IMG/VR virus record: IMGVR_UViG_3300021387_001614
Span: 32,001 to 96,000 of that record
DNA from: a virus
Taxonomy: Duplodnaviria > Caudoviricetes
Strand: one strand, 5' to 3'
Length of the DNA stretch: 64,000 bases
Positions within the stretch are counted from its first letter, which is position 1. Each line of letters starts with the position of its first letter. Below the pieces are notes generated by a model. That model was given only the letters and a program-made list of their open reading frames with translations, was not told the DNA's origin and searched no databases. Positions 48,801 through 56,972 of this stretch are shown here, piece by piece. The position numbers were made by a program, and so were the translations under genes.

Positions 48801-49130
48801 TACCCATGCCGGACCTGCGTTATAGCCACCAAGTCCAAGAACACGAACAACCTCAAGTTGTTTCGATTCTGTCAGATATGATTTTGCAATATAAGGTAAT
48901 TCATACTTAGGATATTGATTACCCTTAAATTTCTCTGTGCTTGTTCCACCAAACATTGATGTGAACTCACGCCAATCTTCAATGTGCATTGGCTGGAATG
49001 CGGGACCTCTCAGTGTTTCACCAACGACACCAAGCGTGGTGATACCAAGACTCTTAACTGCATAAGTCAACTCCACCTCACGTGAATAAACACCTGGAGA
49101 TACGTGAATGCCTCTAGCGTTGTCTGCCAT
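45831..49130 (-). CDS. Tail sheath protein (gp18-like, 1099 aa)
   Basis: VSPGVYSRE, GETLRGPAFQP, YYPWV, PWYAPAGINRG, INPI...IWGQKNL, RISVRRLL, IFEPND. Confidence 0.95.
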   Translation of the reverse strand: MADNARGIHVSPGVYSREVELTYAVKSLGITTLGVVGETLRGPAFQPMHIEDWREFTSMFGGTSTEKFKGNQYPKYELPYIAKSYLTESKQLEVVRVLGLGGYNAGPAWVVTANLKNGKKMAVCVLRSRGEYQKYRKFDANTGTCECPNEDYDSLVYEVGEIKKSGSTCNTPVQYNPNALALDVYNPLYSVGNECDNWQFSGETGDFSVSTTNLGRFKIIGIAGVHDKDATIDKDNKKATDDGEGISSYFEYPVSLNPVDKDFILNVLGTSPSDGDAPVFVESLYDVALRQAVNEANESDFHAESIDSDLTFYQVYYPADYCGLEPVGGIMTVQENFLSRKNVGQRFLADANAANGEPAITCHPYDFKTGKPIADSGETDGLKVENVQVGQIYTVAQYTDADGKRKYFYRHWDESTIPSGETTVAVIDKLVYGKELQSEDETKMVIVKNLQDGLYYRMKDSENTDVTYVDCDLNNYKSAYRYASTPWIVSNLKGDYNKIEINKLFRFHTISDGNSSNNEIKVSIENVRPDEGVFDVVVRRIDDTDEYQIPLEKFSRCSLVPGTNNYVAFKIGSYDGVYESKSKFITVEVNENSITENSVPAGFLGYPQVNFAGTPIVDPNNGEDIINPILKYNLNYDEDVKNRKQYFGLSSRVGVDIDAFTYKGETAYIDVPESLTNGFHLDSRLNLDGYDADSTPEITVDGVKGYKFDAVSQNNRTNILTEAPIIGTEAAMTGSIYENVNLRKFTVYFYGGFDGWDIYRDERTNTDDFKLSKYLGSYDVNSGEGYSFNRIADPEAIGLNQNGITSDWYAYLAGIRQFANPEAVDINVFATPGIDYVNNKTLVEEAIEMIEEERADSIYVVTTPDKPSGAGDFVDEMFTADDVVSNLEDTEINSNYTCTYYPWVKYLDQDNNQYIYLPPTKDVVRNLAKTDNSTYPWYAPAGINRGDVSCVRARIVTKVSEEDVLYEGRINPIKTFATDGVKIWGQKNLQIGESQLNRISVRRLLLRMRKLIAIGCRNLIFEPNDPTVKNKFLTIVTPILDNIRSNRGISDYRIEVDDSPEARDRRELPAKIFFKPINALEYITLDFIITPESVSFDDI

Positions 49131-49253
49131 AATTTATTTACTTTTAATTTAATAATTTTTTATTTTTCTATTAGGAAAGGGCAAGGTTATGCCCTCACTA
49201 TTTAATAATAAATAGTTTAAATATTTCCAAAGTTACATTTTTCTTAAAAAAAC

Positions 49254-49469
49254 TTAAAAAAAAATTTCTTCTTTTTCCATTTTTTTCTTATATTCTTCCA
49301 ACTCTTCTATAGAATGGGACTCTGAATATTCTGCAAGTCTATTAAAAAAAATGGACGTGATTTCAGATATTTTTCTCCACCTTATTAAATCTGAAAGGGG
49401 TAATTGTTCGTTTTTTTTCTCCAAATACCCCTTTTCCTCTATCATTAAATCCTTAATTGTCATTATCAC
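49254..49469 (-). CDS. Small hypothetical protein
   Basis: 71-aa ORF overlapping the upstream stop. Confidence 0.4.
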   Translation of the reverse strand: MIMTIKDLMIEEKGYLEKKNEQLPLSDLIRWRKISEITSIFFNRLAEYSESHSIEELEEYKKKMEKEEIFF

Positions 49470-50823
49470 CGTTGATTATTATATCTTCCTCATCAGGAAC
49501 GACGTCAAGTTCTGATTCGGGGTCAGTTCTCTTATCGAAAACGATATTCGGGTCATAACCTACTAATGTCAGTGATGTTGGCAAATATTCATCGTCTCGT
49601 GATACCTTTACCTCCACTTTATCGCCATCAATAAATTTAATATCCCACTCAAGGTCAGCGTATTCGTCATTTATGAATAACTTAAAATCATAAACATTGC
49701 TCGTTTCAACTGACGTTAAGACCATATCGTTATCCATATAAAAGATAACATTTTTTTCACAATCGGGTATATTAATAATGACTTTTATTATCTTATTATA
49801 GTAAAATTTATCATCACTCTCGTCATTTTCAACGCAACAAGCATCCGGAAGTTCTTCTTCCTTAAGAACAACTGTGGGTTTTTTCTTTGTGATATCAACG
49901 GGGTCTAAAATATCACATTTGCCTAAATAATCTAAATTAAACGCCTTATTTTCGGCTTCCGCGTTTTTTGAACGTTTCTTACTTGAAGCCTCAGTTTCAG
50001 ACAAAGAATAAGATGGTATAAGGTCATCGCCACTGTTTCTTTTTTCGATGCTACGTTTATTGTCACCAAATCTATCTTCTGTTTCAAGAAACCTCATAAC
50101 CAATCTCGATGGCAGATGTGTGACTTTCATATCCTCTTCCCTTATAATATACCCCATGAGTTTGATTATATACGTCTGTGAGTAAAACTTACGGTCATCT
50201 ATTGTATATTCAGACTCATCGTTAATTCCATCAAGAAACATTGGCATTGGGTGGTCATTTGGTGCTATGTAACATTCAAGGCCGCTAAAGGTATAATTAA
50301 TTAATTCATTAAATTTGTTAAGTAATTCATACTTATTACACACAAAATTAACTGTATATATAAAATTAACAGCAAACGGCTGCTTTATCGAATACATATC
50401 ATACGCTTCCTCACCGTTTTCTTGTAGCACGGGAACGTAAAATATGGGATAATCACGATGTCCGGGTATATTATACGAACTACCTTGGCTTTCTCCGTGT
50501 TGCGGGTTATTCTCTCTTGTTATTGTTTTAAAATTAACAACAAGATTACCCGTTTCATCAAGGTTTTGCCACGTTTGCGAATACTCACTAATTTTTTGGG
50601 TACTAAAAAGACGATACGTAGGTAATCTCTTACCCATGTACGATATATCGAGCGTTTTATCTACCCAATTAAAAAACGCTTGGTCTATGTCTTCATACTT
50701 AATCGGTTTCGGAAAGGGCGTACCTCTTTCAAGAATCATCTTTGAGATGTTTCTTCTTCTTTCGACACCAATTGCATGGTTTCTCAAACGCAATCTATTT
50801 AAAAACGGTTTTGGCTGCTGCAT
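49453..50823 (-). CDS. Putative tail terminator/neck protein
   Basis: Lies between the neck-like gene and the sheath; EDIDQAFFNWV and PFAVNFIYTVNF patterns. Confidence 0.5.
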   Translation of the reverse strand: MQQPKPFLNRLRLRNHAIGVERRRNISKMILERGTPFPKPIKYEDIDQAFFNWVDKTLDISYMGKRLPTYRLFSTQKISEYSQTWQNLDETGNLVVNFKTITRENNPQHGESQGSSYNIPGHRDYPIFYVPVLQENGEEAYDMYSIKQPFAVNFIYTVNFVCNKYELLNKFNELINYTFSGLECYIAPNDHPMPMFLDGINDESEYTIDDRKFYSQTYIIKLMGYIIREEDMKVTHLPSRLVMRFLETEDRFGDNKRSIEKRNSGDDLIPSYSLSETEASSKKRSKNAEAENKAFNLDYLGKCDILDPVDITKKKPTVVLKEEELPDACCVENDESDDKFYYNKIIKVIINIPDCEKNVIFYMDNDMVLTSVETSNVYDFKLFINDEYADLEWDIKFIDGDKVEVKVSRDDEYLPTSLTLVGYDPNIVFDKRTDPESELDVVPDEEDIIINGDNDN

Positions 50824-50835
50824 TTTCTATTTTCT

Positions 50836-51720
50836 TTACTCTTCTGTTGTATTTTCAAAAACTATTCCGTATCTCTTGCGGTCTTGCTCTTGATTATATA
50901 GTATTTCTTCTTCATTTTTTAATGTTTCATTTACAATATTTGTAAAACTAAAGCCTTCGTTAGTGGTGTAAAGTTTATTTTCGTCAGCACCAAATACACC
51001 GTCATTAGCAAGCGCTTCCCTTGATGCCACGCTCATATCACCCCTGCCATATCCAACATTCCACTCAGGTTCTTCTCTCTGTGGGCTTCTTGTTATGGGC
51101 ATTTCCGAAAGTTTTCTCACCTCAAAAATGTGTCTGCCAATGCAATCACACGCACTTTTTTTATCAAAATAAGGTTTTCCGCCACGCTTAGTTCTTGGTT
51201 TTACACCATATTTGTTTAACGTAATATATATGGCTCTTTCTGTATAATTGCCTTCGTAACCATGCATTTTAAGCATCTTGATTATTTGTGCCGTAGATAC
51301 TAAGTTTACAAACTTTCGCTTTATTTCCGCTTCTGTTAAATTCGTGGTGTTTCCCCCGTTTAACAATCCGTTTATCTCCCTTTGTCCGTTAGGGTTTGCT
51401 GAATGCACATAGAAACGTGGTAATTCCTTATTATTTGCCTTACAATATTTAAGAAGCCACTTTGCACATTCAAACCCCTTTTTCAGCCCCTTGCCAAGGT
51501 CATGGTCAAACGAAATAAACTGAGGAATGCCGTTTTTTAAAATAAACCCCGTAAATTCTTCAAAATTCTTTACCCACACAAACTTAATGTTTCTTTTATT
51601 CATCAAGTTATCATAGTAAGATTTGTTTCTTTTAAAGGTCTTTGAATCTGATTTTTTATTTAAATAGTTATATGGGTTGCGTTTATCGTCTAGCCACAAA
51701 ACAGTTAAATTTTTGCCCAT
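50836..51720 (-). CDS. Cyclic-phosphate-processing receiver-like domain fused to an unknown domain
   Basis: LWLDDKRNP, ISFDHDLG, GFECAKWL, VHSANPNG. Confidence 0.7.
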   Translation of the reverse strand: MGKNLTVLWLDDKRNPYNYLNKKSDSKTFKRNKSYYDNLMNKRNIKFVWVKNFEEFTGFILKNGIPQFISFDHDLGKGLKKGFECAKWLLKYCKANNKELPRFYVHSANPNGQREINGLLNGGNTTNLTEAEIKRKFVNLVSTAQIIKMLKMHGYEGNYTERAIYITLNKYGVKPRTKRGGKPYFDKKSACDCIGRHIFEVRKLSEMPITRSPQREEPEWNVGYGRGDMSVASREALANDGVFGADENKLYTTNEGFSFTNIVNETLKNEEEILYNQEQDRKRYGIVFENTTEE

Positions 51721-51739
51721 TTAAAATGTCTTTTAGTTT

Positions 51740-52282
51740 TTAAGCCTGAAACTCTGATGTATCCACCGGAGCACAATTTATTGTTCTGAATAACGGACAA
51801 GTTCCGAATAATGTATGCGCATTATCGTAATAATTTCGTCCATCATTGGTTACCGTGAAAAACTCCATATGTTCGGGTGTTATTTGTATGCCTATGTAAT
51901 CACCAACAGTAATTTCTATCCCCAATTCTGTCAGCGTTTCTTGATAAACACCAATTGTGAGTTTTCCCGTTTTCATATATGTCCCAAGATTTTTGGTCTT
52001 ATCGTATGATTTAAGTTCGGGTTGTTCTATTTTGTAAACACAGTGAAACTCTACGGGTGTTTTAAAAACCACATTATTATCGGTTTCCCCATAAATGGCA
52101 TCGACGTTTGACTTAGAGATATCAACACGATACAACACTGCCGTTTGATTCATGTCCTGTTCAATGTAGTTTTTACCCACATCACGCTCGAACTTAAAAG
52201 AATCCTCACCATAGAAAAGTCTGTTTCTATTGACCGGAACCCTTCTTATGTTCTTTGTATTAAATTCTAATCCGTTTGCCAT
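51740..52282 (-). CDS. Putative head-closure/neck protein (gp14-like)
   Basis: VLYRVD...DAIYGE...PVEF...GKLTIGVY...VGDYI pattern; in the structural region. Confidence 0.55.
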   Translation of the reverse strand: MANGLEFNTKNIRRVPVNRNRLFYGEDSFKFERDVGKNYIEQDMNQTAVLYRVDISKSNVDAIYGETDNNVVFKTPVEFHCVYKIEQPELKSYDKTKNLGTYMKTGKLTIGVYQETLTELGIEITVGDYIGIQITPEHMEFFTVTNDGRNYYDNAHTLFGTCPLFRTINCAPVDTSEFQA

Positions 52283-52284
52283 TT

Positions 52285-53085
52285 TTATCTGTAAAATAAA
52301 TGTTTATAATATTGTCTGTAATTATTTGTAAACCAATTAATTACGTTAATTAGCCCTTTATTGGCATATAGTATTCTATCACTAATTATTGATTTAATAT
52401 ACCACACACCTCTTGCATAATCATGAAATATAGGACATACGTATCTGACTGCTCTGCCATTAAATATAGCATCATATTCTTCATCCAACGCATGATATGT
52501 CTCAACACCACTTGCAAGACAAATGACACAATCTTTTCCGTAACATGATTGATTCATCTGCTCGTATTTTATTGTGTTTACAAGATGACCAAAAGCGAAA
52601 ACACCGTTTTTCTCATCGGGCATTAAATTATGCGTCCACGGAAGTTGTTCAAAGTCATCTACACCTTTTTTAAAGCCTTCCTTTGCAATTTCCTCCGCAT
52701 GGTCAGTAAAGTGTATAACCCACTTATTAGAAAATGTTTTTTCGTGGTGCATTGTTAAATGTGCAGGTGCACCATGAAACTCTCCATACCCATTAACAAA
52801 ATTTTCAGACATTTCGTTATAGAAATCATTTGGGTTTGCACCCATTTCAATCGCCATATCATAAATCTCGTTAAAATTATAATATTTAAGATTGTTAAAT
52901 TCATTTCCATATTTTGATACACACCACTCTATAAATGCACCGGGATATTTCTCAATGCACTGTCTTGTTTTCTTCTCTGTATTGGTAAAATAATTTTTAA
53001 GGTCTATACCCTTTTTTTCCCAATACTCAGAAACAGAATTTTCGAAAAGTTTCTTAAATGTACCTTCTGAAATAACAAGTCTCAT
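52285..53085 (-). CDS. Hypothetical protein with N-terminal ISE..LFE tag-like segment; possible ART-like C-terminal domain
   Basis: MRLVISEGTFKKLFE; VIHFTD....IAKEGF; late motif at 53097. Confidence 0.55.
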   Translation of the reverse strand: MRLVISEGTFKKLFENSVSEYWEKKGIDLKNYFTNTEKKTRQCIEKYPGAFIEWCVSKYGNEFNNLKYYNFNEIYDMAIEMGANPNDFYNEMSENFVNGYGEFHGAPAHLTMHHEKTFSNKWVIHFTDHAEEIAKEGFKKGVDDFEQLPWTHNLMPDEKNGVFAFGHLVNTIKYEQMNQSCYGKDCVICLASGVETYHALDEEYDAIFNGRAVRYVCPIFHDYARGVWYIKSIISDRILYANKGLINVINWFTNNYRQYYKHLFYR

Positions 53086-53207
53086 GGGTTTTTCTTTATA
53101 AATATCACTTTTCTTAAATGTCTCTGCATCAAACCGTTTACAGACTTGAAATATATATAAAAAATGCTATATTTTATATGTAGGGGGGGTGATTAAATAA
53201 GAAAAAA

Positions 53208-55166
53208 ATGGGAATATCACTTAAAAAAGTAGAAGAAGCACATTTAATTTTAAAAGAATATAAGGGGAATAATCCATATATTATTTCTCTTAAAAATGGC
53301 GTATATGCATATAAAACCGCCTCACTTAACGATTTTCAAGTGGAATTCATATTAAGAAACCACGATAAAGAACCCATTTACGTGAATAAACTTGTTAAAA
53401 TCACAGAATGGTATGGCGAAAAGCTAAAAGAAAAGTGGGAAACTGAATTTACGCCCGAAATGTTTGTTATCGGGTGGTATATGGGCGATACATCAACACA
53501 CTATGTGTTTAATTGTAAATACAGAAGAAGTCAGGATAAACCTGTTATGCTTTTTGCACCCAAAAACGCCATTTTAACGGACTTTTTGGCTGATGAATAC
53601 AATAATATCGAACTTGATTTTTCGAAATATGAGGAAAAAAGCGGCAGAACCGTAATGGAACACCAAAAAGAGGCTGTAAAGTTCCTTATTTCAAGGAAAA
53701 AGTGTATTTTGGCAGACCAAATGGGGGGAGGCAAAACCATGTCCGCCATTCTCGGTGCATTAATGGGTGATTATAAACATGTTTTAATAATTTCACCCTC
53801 ATCGGTGAAAAAAACATGGGAAAATGAACTCAAATTGTTCGTGGATGATGACGATATCACTATTGTGCAAGGGTCAAAGTGGAAAGACGCCAAATTTACC
53901 ATCATCAACTACGATATTTTGGATAATTTCTATACCATACCAACGCAAAAAATCAAGAAAAAGGAAATAAACGTTGATGAAAACGGAAAAATAGTCACAG
54001 AATATAAGGAAAAAGAAATTGTTTCAAGAAGCAAAAAGATTATTTCTGAGGCAATGGCTGAAAGTCAGTTATTTCAAGCAAAATACGACCTTATAATAAT
54101 AGACGAGGCACATAAACTTTCTAATAATACATCGGGTAGATTTAAAATTATTTCCGACCTCGTTAAAAGAAGTAATCCAAAGGGTATTTTTGAGTTAACG
54201 GGTACAATGATTACGAACTCAAGTAAAAATTTATATAATATTCTTAAAATCATTAATGTTCCCGTAACACATGATTGGCAAAACTACATGACAAGGTATT
54301 GTGGTGCTAAGTTTTTCTTTAAAAAGAACGAGAGAAACGCTTATACTGCTATGTTTTGTAAATCTATGGGAAAAAATGAATGGGCTGAGTTATCTTACGA
54401 TGAAAAAGGAAAATTAAATGAGTTCTTAGAAAAGAAATGTAAAAAAATATGTATTCCCGGTGAAGATACAAACATGGAAGAACTACAGGAAATAATCAAG
54501 CCTTATTATTTAAGACGATTAAAAAGTGATTTTGCTGATATTGTTAAAAAAGAGGTGAAATATTTGCACTATGAAATGACTGACGAAGAAAAAGATTCTT
54601 ACAATCAATTATGGGAACAATATTTAGCGTTGCAAGAAGACACCGAAAAAACAATTAAAAACAAGCAACTTATTGAGACAACGTTAATGCGACAATGGTT
54701 GGCTGATAAGATGATTCCAAGAACAATAAAACTTGCTCGTGAAATTATCGAAAAGGGGCACAAAGTGATTATTTTCTGTGCATATGACAATGAAATAGAC
54801 AAATTCAGAGAAGAATTTGGTGACATATGTGTTTATCATAATGGTAAACTAACAGAAAAAAAGAAAAATGACGCTGTTGAAAAATTTCAAAATGACGACA
54901 ATATAAAGGTGTTTATAGGAAACGTTATAAGTGCGGGTGTTGGTTTAACTTTAGTTTCAAGTGATACCGCAATATTTAATAATTTTTCATTTGTTCCTGC
55001 TGACTGTTTGCAGTGTGAGGATAGAATACACCGCCTTAACCAAACTAAACCATGTACCATATATTATCAGTCATTTAATGGCACTTATTATGATAAAATG
55101 TTAGAAATTATTCATAGAAAACAAGATGTCATTGATAAAATAATTATAACTGAAAAAGAAAAATAA
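53208..55166 (+). CDS. SNF2-like superfamily 2 helicase
   Basis: LADQMGGGKT, IIDEAH, LTGT, GVGLTL, QCEDRIHR. Confidence 0.9.
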   Translation: MGISLKKVEEAHLILKEYKGNNPYIISLKNGVYAYKTASLNDFQVEFILRNHDKEPIYVNKLVKITEWYGEKLKEKWETEFTPEMFVIGWYMGDTSTHYVFNCKYRRSQDKPVMLFAPKNAILTDFLADEYNNIELDFSKYEEKSGRTVMEHQKEAVKFLISRKKCILADQMGGGKTMSAILGALMGDYKHVLIISPSSVKKTWENELKLFVDDDDITIVQGSKWKDAKFTIINYDILDNFYTIPTQKIKKKEINVDENGKIVTEYKEKEIVSRSKKIISEAMAESQLFQAKYDLIIIDEAHKLSNNTSGRFKIISDLVKRSNPKGIFELTGTMITNSSKNLYNILKIINVPVTHDWQNYMTRYCGAKFFFKKNERNAYTAMFCKSMGKNEWAELSYDEKGKLNEFLEKKCKKICIPGEDTNMEELQEIIKPYYLRRLKSDFADIVKKEVKYLHYEMTDEEKDSYNQLWEQYLALQEDTEKTIKNKQLIETTLMRQWLADKMIPRTIKLAREIIEKGHKVIIFCAYDNEIDKFREEFGDICVYHNGKLTEKKKNDAVEKFQNDDNIKVFIGNVISAGVGLTLVSSDTAIFNNFSFVPADCLQCEDRIHRLNQTKPCTIYYQSFNGTYYDKMLEIIHRKQDVIDKIIITEKEK

Positions 55167-55167
55167 T

Positions 55168-55797
55168 ATGATTAATTTAAATTTAAAAGAGGAAGATATT
55201 AAGGAAATAAAATGCACTCTTGATAACGGAAAAATTGTAACATTTAGTATGAGAGATTCTGTTTTACAGGATGTAGACGTAGTTGTGCCACAAGACAACA
55301 CCAAAAGAAATGAAGAATTAATGGGCAAAGAATTTGAAAAATTATTCGATGATTATATCAAGTGGACTGACAAATACAAAAAAATACCCCTATCAAAACA
55401 GGATTTTAAGATACTGTTTTTATCAAAAGAGGGTGTATGGAAAGGCGACACTAAGTTCCCAATCATTACAATTAATGAAAGCAAGACGCCAACATCTTTA
55501 TCTAAAAATGGAGATATCCGCAACACATTAGAAGCCGCAAGAACCGGTGAATGGAAAGAAAATGTTAAGGCAACAGGCTCTTTTGTGCCAAAACCCGAAC
55601 CTCGTGACGGTAAACCAATTAATCGAACACCAACAGCAGCTTCAGATGAAGAAATAAATGATTTCAAGGAGTCACAAAAAGAAAGTGATGAATATAGATG
55701 GGATAAAATCAAAAAAAGCATAGAGAAAGAAGAAGACGAAAAAATAAAAGAGGCTACTGCAATAATTGAACACCGTAAGTATCGCAAACAAGATTAA
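55168..55797 (+). CDS. Hypothetical protein
   Basis: 209-aa ORF in the helicase operon. Confidence 0.6.
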   Translation: MINLNLKEEDIKEIKCTLDNGKIVTFSMRDSVLQDVDVVVPQDNTKRNEELMGKEFEKLFDDYIKWTDKYKKIPLSKQDFKILFLSKEGVWKGDTKFPIITINESKTPTSLSKNGDIRNTLEAARTGEWKENVKATGSFVPKPEPRDGKPINRTPTAASDEEINDFKESQKESDEYRWDKIKKSIEKEEDEKIKEATAIIEHRKYRKQD

Positions 55798-55799
55798 AA

Positions 55800-56192
55800 A
55801 TGGAAGAATTATATTTAGGTTTCGTTAAGTTAATAGGACAAGAAACAGATGGATTAAACAGATATGAGTTTATTTTCACTGATAATGTTGATGAATTTTG
55901 GGGTGAGGATTTCGATATAAAACCCGCAGGATTATGTAATGACATTGCCCCTGATGATAAATATATGTCCGAAATTCATATTGTTAGAACAACAATGAAA
56001 TTTGACCTTGCTCAAAAATGTAATTGTTTTTCCATGCAAGACTGTATAGATGGGTGTATTGCACTTGCGTGGGAAAACATTGACGATTATGAAGAATATC
56101 CCGAAGATACTGGGAGATTGGTCTTTAATTTTGGAGAACCGTTTGATGAAGTTGAAAGAAAGTTCGCATTAAGGGGCATTTTATTAAATTAA
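55800..56192 (+). CDS. Hypothetical acidic protein
   Basis: 130 aa, FSMQDCIDGCIALAWE; followed by the terminator aaaaaaccggtg...caccggtttttt (56191-56220). Confidence 0.65.
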   Translation: MEELYLGFVKLIGQETDGLNRYEFIFTDNVDEFWGEDFDIKPAGLCNDIAPDDKYMSEIHIVRTTMKFDLAQKCNCFSMQDCIDGCIALAWENIDDYEEYPEDTGRLVFNFGEPFDEVERKFALRGILLN

Positions 56193-56226
56193 AAAACCGG
56201 TGATTTTTGCACCGGTTTTTATTTTT

Positions 56227-56559
56227 TTAATACCCACTATCAGGCCATTCATCAGGGTGTTCATCCAAATCATTTATGTCATCATCGTTTCCACCAAACT
56301 GACTTCTCTCAAAGTTTCTTACAGCCTCACTTTCGTCATCTTCAATACCGCTAAAATCAAGTCCTACCTCACCGAGTTCGTCAGCAGCGTCCAATTCGTC
56401 ATCTGACGGAACGTCAAATTCATCATCTTGATGCTGCCATTCATTGTCATTTGTTTCTAATGAATCATAATCATCAATGCCAAATTCTTCATTGACAAAA
56501 TCCCTAATTGTTTTTTTAACCGTTTCAAAAATTAATTGGTTTGAAATATTCTTTTTCAT
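56227..56559 (-). CDS. Highly acidic protein with a tag-like N-terminus
   Basis: LIFETVKKTIRDFVNEE followed by a D/E-rich tail. Confidence 0.55.
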   Translation of the reverse strand: MKKNISNQLIFETVKKTIRDFVNEEFGIDDYDSLETNDNEWQHQDDEFDVPSDDELDAADELGEVGLDFSGIEDDESEAVRNFERSQFGGNDDDINDLDEHPDEWPDSGY

Positions 56560-56570
56560 GATGTTTTTAC

Positions 56571-56948
56571 TTATTTTATCGTTATCATTAATTCTTCTCT
56601 TATGGGCATTATTAGTTTACCCTTTGGAAAAGTTAAATCGTCTGACTTAATTTCCCCAAATGTGATTTCAAATGTCCCCTCATAGGTTCCTGCTTCTTTT
56701 GTATCCCTTTCCTTCCAATCATAACATATTGCATATTGATTGGTGCATCCACCTATTTCTCTTTCTTTAATATATGCCGGTGCTTTTGCAATTTTAGTTA
56801 CACCCGTTTCCATATTTACCATCGAAAACGTTATTGTGGCATTCTGTATCGCATCATAAAACTTCATATAATCATGCCTACCGTCATGAATCAAATCCAT
56901 TCTGAGGATGGGTAACACAGCACCTTTTCTTATGTAGAATTCCTGCAT
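56571..56948 (-). CDS. Putative virion protein (BppU N-terminal-like beta domain)
   Basis: FYIRKGAVLP...YDW...DT..AGTYEGTFEITF; late motif at 56964. Confidence 0.55.
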   Translation of the reverse strand: MQEFYIRKGAVLPILRMDLIHDGRHDYMKFYDAIQNATITFSMVNMETGVTKIAKAPAYIKEREIGGCTNQYAICYDWKERDTKEAGTYEGTFEITFGEIKSDDLTFPKGKLIMPIREELMITIK

Positions 56949-56972
56949 TTTTATCTTTTTTTAAATAAATAG

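Noticed and set aside
53146-53175. TTGAAA...TATATT as a sigma70-type promoter for the helicase
   Set aside because: It reads equally well as a degenerate Bacteroidota promoter (CTTG-N19-TATATTTT) in very AT-rich DNA, so it is not diagnostic.
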